Shown: positions 16,148-25,200, counted from the first letter of the stretch. The stretch: DNA of 32,000 nt from Acaryochloris marina MBIC11017 (GCF_000018105.1 NC_009925.1:750001-782000), one strand, 5' to 3'. Made by a program: numbers and translations. The notes: a model not told the origin generated them from the sequence alone.

Positions 16148-16518
16148 CTGGCCATGAAATCTCATTTTCTACTGGTGAAAGCAGCAAAACCCTAAAACGG
16201 GCTGTTTTATGATCTGAAGTTGTTGGACAATGTGATAACGAATGATGGGGTTGACTTAGCCAAGATGTTGTTGAATAAAGCCATAACCCCACGAAAGCCA
16301 TAAGCTAATATCAATTTCGTATCGAGATAAACTGTTTGACTCCAATGATTAACCTATCTTCAATGCTTTCGACGAGCTATACAGGTCATTTAGCTGGGGA
16401 ATTGGTATAACGAGGTTTTGGATAAAACCGGAAAATCGAATTTCGAGATCTGCATGATTTACCGTAAAAACTCGCACCCTTGTAAGCTACGGGTAATCGT
16501 CGAGGGTCAGTTTTCCAG

Positions 16519-17226
16519 ATGACAAAGGGACAGATTATTGCAATCGGTGGCGGTGGCTTCTCCGAGGGTTCAGAACCTGGCCTCGATTCTTACGTGTTGG
16601 AGCAGAGTGAGGCCAATATTCCCAAAGTTGGTTTTATTGGCACGGCCAGTGGTGATGCAGAACGCTATTTACTCAAGTTTTACTCTCGATTTTCTCAACT
16701 CAATTGCACCCCATCTCATCTACCCTTGTTTCGGCGGACCCCCAACTTGACTGATTGGATTATGGCTCAAGATATCATTTTCGTTGGGGGTGGCAATACG
16801 TTCAGCATGCTGGCCGTCTGGCAAGCATGGGAATTGGCCCCTTTACTGAAGGAAGCTGCAGCCCAAGGAACCATCTTGTCAGGCATTAGCGCAGGTGCAA
16901 ACTGTTGGTTTGAGTCCTGTTTAACCGATGCTAAAGCTGATGAGTTTGGCCCGCTCCAATGTCTTAATTTTCTGTCAGGAAGCTGCTGTCCTCACTATTC
17001 GTCTGAAATTGGCAGACAAAAGACCTTCGAACATCTGATTGAAACAGAAGCATTACCCCCTGGTATCGCTATTGATGATGGTGCAGCAGCCTATTTTATG
17101 GACGGCCAGCTTATCCGAATCATTTCAGGAACAGATGGTGCGGCAGTCTATTCCGTTTCTCCCACTCCCACAGGTGTAACCTCCAACCGGATTAAAGGGA
17201 TTGAGGTGGTAAATCTGGCAATATAG
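16519..17226 (+). CDS. Peptidase S51 family (dipeptidase E / cyanophycinase-like)
   Basis: Motifs are IIAIGGGGF, IGTASGD, FVGGGNTFSML and the nucleophile elbow GISAGANCW. Confidence 0.78.
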   Translation: MTKGQIIAIGGGGFSEGSEPGLDSYVLEQSEANIPKVGFIGTASGDAERYLLKFYSRFSQLNCTPSHLPLFRRTPNLTDWIMAQDIIFVGGGNTFSMLAVWQAWELAPLLKEAAAQGTILSGISAGANCWFESCLTDAKADEFGPLQCLNFLSGSCCPHYSSEIGRQKTFEHLIETEALPPGIAIDDGAAAYFMDGQLIRIISGTDGAAVYSVSPTPTGVTSNRIKGIEVVNLAI

Positions 17227-17422
17227 AAGCATTGAATGGGGAATGCAATGCCTTTGTTTACCTCACCATTTAGTGATCAATTGATCAGCCCCCATTACAA
17301 CAACCGTCACTCACCCACAATATTGCGAATGATTGGGTTAAGTTACGTCTCTCTCCTAATGGGTTGATCTAGAACAGATCCTCTATGATTTGAAGGTTAC
17401 ATGCCAAGAGCGGTTCCTTGTG

Positions 17423-20362
17423 ATGTCCTCTAAGGTTGTTGGTTGGTTGGTTAAAGCTCTACTCCTTGCATTGGGAGTGGTATTTGGTCTAGATCTGCTG
17501 GCTCATTTTATTGCTGAGTTTGCCTGGTTCAAAAATCTAGGCTATTTATCTGTATTTCAAACCCAACTAGCAGTCAGAATAGGACTTTGGATCCTAGCCC
17601 TCGCGAGTACTGGAGGGTATCTCGTTGGTAATTTAGTCCTAGCCCGCCGCTGGCGCTATCACCAACCCGTTGATATCGACAAAACTGAACCCGGCACTCT
17701 TAAGCTGACACAATTACTGCTGGTATTAGTGGGACTAAGCCTGTTGTTGGCGAGTCTGCTGACCCATATTGGTCAGGTGATCATCCAGTTTTGGTATCCC
17801 CCCACCGAAATTGCTACGTCCAGTTCTCAGAATCTGCAGCAGTTTACCTTTTCGGCTACGACCGATTTGCTCAAACATTGGTTGCAGATGCCCTGGCAAC
17901 TTCTGTTAGTCGCTGGTTTCACAGCTTTTTTGCTCTGGCACCCTGGGTTTGTACTCGGTGCGATCGCACTTTGTCTTAGCCTAGGGCTCGGGTTAGTCGC
18001 CTCCAACCACTGGACCACCGTTTTAGCCTTTCTGCACGCTACTCCTTTCAAAAACATCGATCCGCTGTTTGGCCATGACATTGGCTTTTATGTCTTTGTT
18101 TTGCCCCTTTGGGAACTGCTGCGATTTTGGCTGATGGGGGTGACCCTTACCGGATTTATCAGCGTCGCTTTCACCTACCTTTTAGCTGGCGATAGTCTCA
18201 GTCAAGGCCGTTTCCCAGGATTCAGCCTGCCTCAGAAACAGCACCTCTATGGACTAGGAGGTGCCCTCGCCTTATCCTTGGCTTGGGGCTTTTGGCTAGA
18301 CCGCTATTCCCTACTCTATTCCACCCAAGGCATTCTCTATGGGGCCGGTTATACCGACGTTACGGTAGATTTACCCACGAAAACAATTCTCTGTTTTGGC
18401 GCAGCCACCATTGCAGTCGTCTTTTTTGGGCGAGCGGTGTTTTCTCGTCCAGCTCGGCGTCCAGTTAAACTCTCCTGGATTCTCAGTTTTTATATCGGCA
18501 TTGCCGTTGTGGCAGGTTTGATTTTGCCCCGAGGGGTCCAGGCCCTGGTGGTTCAACCCAATGAGCTGGCCCGAGAAGAATCCTATATCGAAAAAAGTAT
18601 TCAACTGACCAGAGCGGCCTTTGACCTCGACAATATTGAGACCAAAACCTTCCAGCCCAAAGCCGACTTAACCCCCGCCAAACTCCAGGCCAATGATTCT
18701 ACATTGCGCAATATTCGCCTATGGGATACACGACCGCTACTAGAGGCCAATCGTCAGCTCCAGCGCATTCGCCTCTACTATGAGTTTCCCAGCGCCGACG
18801 TGGATCGCTACACCCTTAAAACGTCCCGGCCTGCCAACCCAGACAAAGAAAGCACCACGCCCCCATCGAGCACCGAAAAACGCCAGGTGCTGGTGGCAGC
18901 TCGTGAGCTAGATTATGGCAATGTCCCTCCCGAAGCCCAGACCTGGATTAACCAGCGTCTCATCTATACCCACGGTTACGGCTTTACCCTCAGCCCTGTG
19001 AATACGGCTGAGTCTAGTGGTTTGCCCACTTACTTTGTTAAAGATATTGGTGCGGGAAATAACGAGGGAACCTTACAAACAGCAACCTCAGACATCGCCG
19101 CCAGCATTCCTATCAATCTGCCTCGGATCTACTTTGGAGAACTGTCGAACACCTATGTTATGACCCGCACCAAGGTGCAGGAGCTGGACTACCCCAGCGG
19201 TAATGACAATCGCTACAACACCTATGATGGTACCGGTGGTGTCGCCATTGGATCTTGGTGGCGACGGGGGCTATTTTCCCTCTACTTGCGGGATTGGCAA
19301 ATGCTGTTTACCCAAAACTTCACTCCCCAGACGGAAGTTTTGTATCGCCGCCAAATTAAAGAACGTGTGGAAGAGCTGGCTCCTTTTCTCCGGTTTGACA
19401 GTAATCCCTATTTGGTGACCGCCAATGTCGATGTAGAAGCCTTCAATCGAACCAACAAACCCGCAGTTCCTGGCACTTTATTCTGGGTCATTGATGCCTA
19501 TACCGTTAGCAATCATTACCCCTATTCCGATCCAGGCCAAGAAAGTTTCAATTACATCCGCAATTCCGTCAAAGTAGTGGTGGATGCATACAACGGCTCG
19601 GTAACATTTTATAGCGTCGATCTTAACGATCCCATCCTCAAAACCTGGCGGGAAATTTTCCCCCAGATGTTTCAGTCTTTAGCGGCCATGCCCCCCAGTC
19701 TGCGCAGCCATACCCGCTACCCCACGGATCTATTTCGAGCCCAATCCCAAAGCCTACTCACCTATCATATGACCGACCCTCAGGTGTTCTATAACCGGGA
19801 AGATCAATGGCGGGTCCCCAATGAGATTTATGGCGAGAAAAGTCAGCTCGTCCAGCCCTATTACTTGACGATGAAGCTGCCGGAAGCCGATACGGAAGAA
19901 TTTATTCTGCTCTATCCCTTTACCCCGGTGCGCCGTAATAACTTGATTGCCTGGTTAGCGGCCCGATCCGATGGCGAAAACTATGGCAAGCGGCTGCTCT
20001 ACCAGTTCCCCAAACGAGAGCTGATTTTTGGCCCTGAACAAATTGAGGCCCTAATCAACCAGGATCCCGTGATTTCTCAACGGATCTCTCTGTGGAATCG
20101 ACAGGGGTCACGGGTGATTCAGGGAAATTTGCTGATTATTCCCATTGAAGACTCGCTGCTCTATGTGGAACCACTGTATCTAGAAGCAGAAGAGAATAGC
20201 GTACCAATTCTAGCAAGGGTAATCGTTGTCTATGAAAACAAAATTGTGATGGCCAAAACCCTAGACCAAGGGCTGGCAGGCATCTTTCAGACTAATGGAC
20301 AGGATACTGAAGCTATTGTCCGCCCAGTTGATACGGAAGAGTTAGCTCCACCACCTTCATAA
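17423..20362 (+). CDS. UPF0182 family large membrane protein
   Basis: About 980 aa. The N-terminal ~370 aa contain multiple TM helices, followed by a large soluble part with RLWDTRPL, YTHGYGF and LLIIPIEDSLLYVEPLYL motifs typical of UPF0182 (COG1615). The ATG at 17423 is preferred over the TTG at 17390. Confidence 0.85.
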   Translation: MSSKVVGWLVKALLLALGVVFGLDLLAHFIAEFAWFKNLGYLSVFQTQLAVRIGLWILALASTGGYLVGNLVLARRWRYHQPVDIDKTEPGTLKLTQLLLVLVGLSLLLASLLTHIGQVIIQFWYPPTEIATSSSQNLQQFTFSATTDLLKHWLQMPWQLLLVAGFTAFLLWHPGFVLGAIALCLSLGLGLVASNHWTTVLAFLHATPFKNIDPLFGHDIGFYVFVLPLWELLRFWLMGVTLTGFISVAFTYLLAGDSLSQGRFPGFSLPQKQHLYGLGGALALSLAWGFWLDRYSLLYSTQGILYGAGYTDVTVDLPTKTILCFGAATIAVVFFGRAVFSRPARRPVKLSWILSFYIGIAVVAGLILPRGVQALVVQPNELAREESYIEKSIQLTRAAFDLDNIETKTFQPKADLTPAKLQANDSTLRNIRLWDTRPLLEANRQLQRIRLYYEFPSADVDRYTLKTSRPANPDKESTTPPSSTEKRQVLVAARELDYGNVPPEAQTWINQRLIYTHGYGFTLSPVNTAESSGLPTYFVKDIGAGNNEGTLQTATSDIAASIPINLPRIYFGELSNTYVMTRTKVQELDYPSGNDNRYNTYDGTGGVAIGSWWRRGLFSLYLRDWQMLFTQNFTPQTEVLYRRQIKERVEELAPFLRFDSNPYLVTANVDVEAFNRTNKPAVPGTLFWVIDAYTVSNHYPYSDPGQESFNYIRNSVKVVVDAYNGSVTFYSVDLNDPILKTWREIFPQMFQSLAAMPPSLRSHTRYPTDLFRAQSQSLLTYHMTDPQVFYNREDQWRVPNEIYGEKSQLVQPYYLTMKLPEADTEEFILLYPFTPVRRNNLIAWLAARSDGENYGKRLLYQFPKRELIFGPEQIEALINQDPVISQRISLWNRQGSRVIQGNLLIIPIEDSLLYVEPLYLEAEENSVPILARVIVVYENKIVMAKTLDQGLAGIFQTNGQDTEAIVRPVDTEELAPPPS

Positions 20363-20449
20363 AGACCTGTAAGAGATGGCCTGCGGACACTAAACATCCC
20401 CCATCCCAAAACGATTGGGAGATCAACTGGCAGTCATCACTTATCCTTT

Positions 20450-21073
20450 TCAGCTTCGAAAGCTACCCTCTTTTAAGCCAGACAAGATCGTCGCCACTTC
20501 GTAAAGTCTATTTTGACGAGATAAAAGGGATAACGGGTCAGAAAAATCGTATATCCCATCCGCTACCTTACAAAAGATAAAATCACTGCCATTCGTGACC
20601 ATGCCAAAGCTAGGTTGCTGTGGCGAAGCGCTCACATACGCTAAACATTGGGGTAAGGCCAGATCCGCTGCGAATTTCGACCGTTTAGCTTCCACCGTTA
20701 GAACCCACAAATTCTCCCGAATCACCAAGACATCCATGCGCCCTCGGTAAATTTCGTTTCGCTCCTTCACTTCAAGGCTAACGGGAACTTCAGATTGAAC
20801 AAAAAAAGGTGGTTCATGAAAGCCTAAGCGCTCCAGCAGCGGAGCAACAATCGATAAAAGCACCGTACCTTCAGTTAATAGCCCCGCATTGTAATAGTTG
20901 TAATAACGCTGTTTTAAGTGATCTAAAAAAGTTTTTTCACTGTCAGCGAGTTCAATTGTTGGTAATTGCCACTCAGGGAAAAATGATACATCTGAGGTCC
21001 GGTGTAGATTCAAGCGTTCGTGCAATGCTTGAAAGCTTGAAATCGTTTGTTCGATGGCTAGTTGGGAAATCAT
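20450..21073 (-). CDS. PD-(D/E)xK (restriction-endonuclease-like / HsdR-N-like) fold hypothetical protein
   Basis: The motif layout is PLLERLGF ... GRMDVLVI ... LTVEAKRS, which is E...D...ExK. Numbered from the ATG at 21073, the residues are E81, D114, E128 and K130. The TTG at 21163 is the alternative start. Confidence 0.6.
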   Translation of the reverse strand: MISQLAIEQTISSFQALHERLNLHRTSDVSFFPEWQLPTIELADSEKTFLDHLKQRYYNYYNAGLLTEGTVLLSIVAPLLERLGFHEPPFFVQSEVPVSLEVKERNEIYRGRMDVLVIRENLWVLTVEAKRSKFAADLALPQCLAYVSASPQQPSFGMVTNGSDFIFCKVADGIYDFSDPLSLLSRQNRLYEVATILSGLKEGSFRS

Positions 21074-21167
21074 ACAGAATGCTAGCTCAGAGTAATGCCA
21101 TTGTAACCAACGGAGAAAAACGAAAAACGTTGAAGCTACTTCTATTGGCACTCTAAATGGCAAAAAC

Positions 21168-22130
21168 TCATGAGATGGTTTGAGTTTGTCTTACAGGTGT
21201 AACGCCTGCCTGCTCCAGTATTTGAGGAATCAAGTCTTCTCGACGGACCGCCATCATATGGACCCCCTGGCAGAGTTGACGGGCCTGTTGGACTTGCTCA
21301 GATGCGATCGCAATTCCTTCTTGCAGCGGATCGGTGGCTTTATCCAAACGGTTGATGATGGCATCTGGAATATTAACCCCAGGAACACAGCGATTAATAA
21401 ATTGGGCATTCTTGGCAGATTTAAGCAGAAAAATCCCTGCCAAGATCGGTTTTTTGGCAGGGGTCGCAATTTCTGTCATAAATTTTTCCAGGCGATCAAA
21501 GTCAACGATTAATTGACTTTGGAAAAATTCAGCCCCCGCCATCACTTTCTTCTCAAATCGGCTTTGTAACCCTGACCAGCTCGCCAATTGCGGATCTACA
21601 GCGGCACCCACTAAGAGGTGGGTTGGGCCATCAGGAAGAGGTTTCTCATTTCCATCCAAGCCATTGTTGAGCTGTCGAATGATGTTCAACAAGCGAATGG
21701 ACTCTAGATCAAACACCCCTTTTGCTTTAGGGAAATCTCCTGCCTTGATGGGATCTCCCGTCAGGGCCAAGATGTTGTGAATCCCCAAGGCATGGGCTCC
21801 CATTAGATCAGCTTGGAGGGCAATCCGGTTGCGATCACGGCAGGCCATCTGACAAATCGGTTCAATTCCCTGCTGCCGCAAGATAGCAGCAACGGCTAAA
21901 GAGCTCATTCTAAGAACTGCTCGACTACCGTCAGTAATATTAACTGCATGAACCCAATCTTTGAGGTGGAGGGCCTGGTCCAGCATATGCTGGATGGAAC
22001 CACCTTTAGGAGGCATCACCTCTGCGGTCACTAAAAACTCTCCAGCATGAATTGCAGCCTGGAATCGATGTGCAATCGGGGAGGATAGCTGTTCAGATAG
22101 ATCATGAACAGGAGCAATAGGAGAGGTCAT
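21168..22130 (-). CDS. metF: 5,10-methylenetetrahydrofolate reductase
   Basis: MTHFR-type motifs are FLVTAEVMPPKG, AVNITDGSRA, LALTGD and AVDP. The ATG at 22130 is preferred over the TTG at 22151. Confidence 0.85.
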   Translation of the reverse strand: MTSPIAPVHDLSEQLSSPIAHRFQAAIHAGEFLVTAEVMPPKGGSIQHMLDQALHLKDWVHAVNITDGSRAVLRMSSLAVAAILRQQGIEPICQMACRDRNRIALQADLMGAHALGIHNILALTGDPIKAGDFPKAKGVFDLESIRLLNIIRQLNNGLDGNEKPLPDGPTHLLVGAAVDPQLASWSGLQSRFEKKVMAGAEFFQSQLIVDFDRLEKFMTEIATPAKKPILAGIFLLKSAKNAQFINRCVPGVNIPDAIINRLDKATDPLQEGIAIASEQVQQARQLCQGVHMMAVRREDLIPQILEQAGVTPVRQTQTIS

Positions 22131-22304
22131 AAAAGATTCACAGGTTAGCAATAAAGGGTGTCTTTATACCTAAAAAAACAGGTATGAAAAATAAATAGGT
22201 ATGAAAAAAATTTAAATCAGTTTCAATACTTGTATCATCCTGGCGAGCATGCTTGCCAACCGTCAAGTTACAATCACCAGATTTTGGGGCTATTCTGCAA
22301 AATT

Positions 22305-22850
22305 TTACGATTCAGGGGAAACAGGCTGAATCGGGATGAGATCGCCTGTCTGAATCCCAAGCTCAGCTGCTCTTCCCCCCCGAAGCTCAATCACTTGATC
22401 AATGATTTCGCCTTGAGGTCCATAGGTCGGACAAGGAATGGATGTACAGGGTGGAGCACTGTGCTGAATCGAAATGACCTTCCCTTGGCGTAAAAAAATC
22501 ATGTCCAAATCAATCAGGACATTTTTCATCCAAAAGCTGACGGTTTGAGGAGGGCTGAAGGGGAATAACATGCCACGATTATCTGCCAAACTGTCTCGGC
22601 TCATTAATCCCGTCGCTTGCTGTTGGCGAGTTTGGGCAACTTCCAGTTCCACCACGTAGTCTTTAATTTGGGCTTGGGCCGTTATGGGTAACCGTTGCCC
22701 AGGGGTTGCGGCTACCGCTACGGAGGGTTTTGGCTGGGGAGTTGTCGCCTCTGTCGCTTGGTTCAGGGGTTGACACCCCAGCATCAGGACCCCAGCAATT
22801 AGACCAAACAGGTGTAATATTCGATGTTGATTAGGCTTCTCGGAGGACAT
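22305..22850 (-). CDS. DUF192 domain lipoprotein
   Basis: The core GLMSRDSLADNRGMLFPF...VSFWMKNVLIDLDMIFL is the DUF192 signature. The ATG at 22850 gives a lipobox-like LMLGC. This start overlaps the response regulator's 3' end by 20 nt. Confidence 0.75.
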   Translation of the reverse strand: MSSEKPNQHRILHLFGLIAGVLMLGCQPLNQATEATTPQPKPSVAVAATPGQRLPITAQAQIKDYVVELEVAQTRQQQATGLMSRDSLADNRGMLFPFSPPQTVSFWMKNVLIDLDMIFLRQGKVISIQHSAPPCTSIPCPTYGPQGEIIDQVIELRGGRAAELGIQTGDLIPIQPVSPES

Positions 22851-23538
22851 ATCCAACTCCACGAACAGTATGAATAAGACGCTTTTCAGGGGCAACCTGC
22901 ACCTTAAGCCGCAAATAGCGGATATAGACTTCAATCACATTCGACTCCCCCCGAAAATCGAATCCCCAAACATTTTCTAAAATTTGCTCACGGGTTAATA
23001 TTTCCCGAGGATGCTCCATTAGATATCTCAACAGCTCAAATTCTTTCATGGTCAGTTCTATGGTTCTGCTTCTCCGTTGCGCACGACGGGTGGCTAAATC
23101 GAGCTGTAAATCTTGGAAACTGAGGACTTTCGATGGCAAGCCAGAATCTGATTTAAAGTACTGTCGTACCCGCTGCAATAGCACTTCCCCGGCATGAGGG
23201 CTAAGGATATAATCATCCGCTCCAGCCTCTAGGCAGACGATCCGATCCTCCCGCGAATCTTTTTCCATCAGCAGTAACAGGGGGATACTGACCCCTTCAG
23301 CTCTCAACTGACGACAGAGCTGTACTCCTGATTGTTCCGAAATTTGTTGATCAATCATGGCTAATGCAGGGGGTTGGGTTTTGCAGTGGGCGATCGCATC
23401 TTCTGCATCCCCAACCACCGTGACATAAAAGCCCTGGGCTAGAAACGTATCACGCAAGCGCCGAGATAGCTGGGGCTGATCGATCACCAGCAAAACATGG
23501 GGCAGATTCCCTGGCATCACCTGTGACAGGTCAGACAT
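22831..23538 (-). CDS. OmpR-family winged-helix response regulator with an atypical receiver domain
   Basis: The C-terminal part ELTMKEFELLRYLMEHPREILTREQILENVWG...IEVYIRYLRLK...IHTVRGVGYVL is an OmpR/PhoB DNA-binding domain. The receiver keeps D63, but DD is DQ (20-21), the Thr position is M91 and the Lys position is S113. Confidence 0.85.
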   Translation of the reverse strand: MSDLSQVMPGNLPHVLLVIDQPQLSRRLRDTFLAQGFYVTVVGDAEDAIAHCKTQPPALAMIDQQISEQSGVQLCRQLRAEGVSIPLLLLMEKDSREDRIVCLEAGADDYILSPHAGEVLLQRVRQYFKSDSGLPSKVLSFQDLQLDLATRRAQRRSRTIELTMKEFELLRYLMEHPREILTREQILENVWGFDFRGESNVIEVYIRYLRLKVQVAPEKRLIHTVRGVGYVLREA

Positions 23539-24153
23539 TTAGTCTTCTCGATAGGAATCATCAAACTCATCCCAGTCATCATCCACTTTCGGTCGTTGGG
23601 GTGGTTTGATCACGCGATATTCCGCATCAAAGACGGATTCTCGCTGACTGCTCTGCTGGGCAAATTCAGGATCGCGATAGCTATAAGAATAAGCCGAATC
23701 CCGTTTCTCCCAAGGAGGTGTTGGATCGTCATAGTCCTCCTCTTCCAGATAGTCAACCGGATCGTCATAGTATTCCGGCCCATCGTCAAAGAAGGAATCA
23801 GCGGGTTGAGTATTCCACTCCGTGGCAACGGGTTCATCCCAATCTGAATACCCAGAATAGTAGCTCTCCCGTTCTGTTCTTGGTTTAGCCGGACGCTTAA
23901 AGGGAGACCATTGGGCTGAAGAACGACGTCTCGCCTTGCGAGAGGGGGCAGGGGTCGCTGAGAGAATGGCAAATAAACCAAGGCTGAGGAGAGCACCGAT
24001 CACAACGGCTGCAGCAATCCAAAGTCCCAGAGGTAAGGGTTGCGATCGCATTCCCAAAAACACTAGCGCTAGTGTTGGACTTTGATTTTGGAGCAGGACC
24101 GTGATCACACCCAGTAGGATACCGATCATCGTCACTATTCGAGCCAAGACCAT
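23539..24153 (-). CDS. LapA-domain (DUF1049-like) membrane protein with a long acidic, aromatic-rich tail
   Basis: The N-terminus IGILLGVITVLLQNQSPTLALVFLGMRSQPLPLGLWIAAAVVIGALL is a 2-TM LapA-like module. The C-terminal ~130 aa are rich in D/E/Y/W. The stop abuts the response regulator start at 23538. Confidence 0.65.
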   Translation of the reverse strand: MVLARIVTMIGILLGVITVLLQNQSPTLALVFLGMRSQPLPLGLWIAAAVVIGALLSLGLFAILSATPAPSRKARRRSSAQWSPFKRPAKPRTERESYYSGYSDWDEPVATEWNTQPADSFFDDGPEYYDDPVDYLEEEDYDDPTPPWEKRDSAYSYSYRDPEFAQQSSQRESVFDAEYRVIKPPQRPKVDDDWDEFDDSYRED

Positions 24154-24251
24154 CACAAGGACTTCCTTCCCATTGCACCTTCATTCTATTCTTTCGTTAG
24201 CGCAAGTGAACCAGCCCTATTAAACCTCTGAGATAGGGCTATTGAAGGGAT

Positions 24252-24512
24252 TCACTGATACTTTATTTCTTCCACTAATCTTTTGAGTAACTCTTCAGGG
24301 GAGATCTTGCTGAGCTGATCAGAAAAACCGTTGATGTTGACCCGTACCACTCGCTCTAAAACAGGGGTGACGAGAACTAGTCCGGGACCATCAGCACGGT
24401 GCGGTTTCTTTCCTCGAAAAATCACCACTCGTTCCGTATATTTGCAAATGACCACGGACTTGATTATGAAAACGACTGGCACGACCAAGACCAGAATGAA
24501 CGTTATTTCCAT
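24252..24512 (-). pseudogene. Short ORF resembling only the N-terminal TM helix and first strands of an SPFH/stomatin (band 7) protein; probable gene remnant
   Basis: The 86-aa sequence ILVLVVPVVFIIKSVVICKYTERVVIFRGKK...GPGLVLVTPVLERVVRVNI matches the start of SPFH proteins. Similarity stops after about 55 aa, and no continuation is evident downstream. Confidence 0.35.
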
Positions 24513-24666
24513 AGTGATGAAACCCGATTTATGTTGATAACGGTGTTATGGTAGCCCTCTTACCTATCGACCAATTATTCCAGATATATGGATGAGCACT
24601 TTTTTCCTACACAGATTTTTTGGCGGTACTCAAGGCTATGCCTATAGTTCGTTTGGATATTGGAGT

Positions 24667-25200
24667 TTACTGCGTAGTGGAATTGAGAGATTCTTTCAGA
24701 TCGCCACGATCACCAATGGTAAGCGTTAAGTTGATGGGTAGACTCGGACAGCACAGGCCATCATTCTCACCATAGCCAAAACCAGATAAAACCAGAGCCT
24801 GATTTTCATAGCTCAAGGTTGTAAATAAACGATCACCTTTGCCCCCAACTCGCTTAAATGAAATGAGGCGATATTGATTAGGGGCTTTGCCCAGCTTCAG
24901 GTCTGCATTGATGCCATAGACAGCAACATATTGGTTATTGGTATTGCCACCCGCCCAGCCCCCCATACTCATCAAAACAGCAACCCCTGACTTGAATCCT
25001 AAAGATGGATAGCCAGATATTTCAACCATTTGAGATTGTTCAGGATAGAATTTGGCATATCCATCACTCAGCATCTTGCTCAAAGCAGCTGATTCTTTCG
25101 CGAGATCTTCTGGCAATGCCATCAGCTGAGTTGGGTATGTAACACTAAACATCGTCAGCAGAATCGCCACACCAAGTCTTCTCTTCATTCCTTTTCCCAT
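24667..25200 (-). CDS. Secreted hypothetical protein
   Basis: 177 aa with a signal peptide MKRRLGVAILLTMFSVTYPTQLMA. I recognise no other motif. Confidence 0.55.
   Translation of the reverse strand: MGKGMKRRLGVAILLTMFSVTYPTQLMALPEDLAKESAALSKMLSDGYAKFYPEQSQMVEISGYPSLGFKSGVAVLMSMGGWAGGNTNNQYVAVYGINADLKLGKAPNQYRLISFKRVGGKGDRLFTTLSYENQALVLSGFGYGENDGLCCPSLPINLTLTIGDRGDLKESLNSTTQ

Noticed and set aside
16092-16301. 69-aa minus-strand ORF in the 16.06-16.52 kb gap
   Set aside because: Its composition is odd (Ser/Trp/His/Cys-rich), with no ribosome-binding site and no motif. It also overlaps the terminator-like hairpin of the upstream gene.
21180-21516. Plus-strand ORFs antisense to metF, and 20809-21156 antisense to the PD-(D/E)xK gene
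   Set aside because: They are antisense to genes with clear motifs, and I recognise no features in them.
23610-24184. Alternative-frame minus-strand ORFs (128 aa and 95 aa) and the plus-strand ORF 23596-23847 overlapping the LapA-like gene
   Set aside because: The LapA-like frame has a recognisable 2-TM module and is translationally coupled to the response regulator. The others are shadow ORFs.
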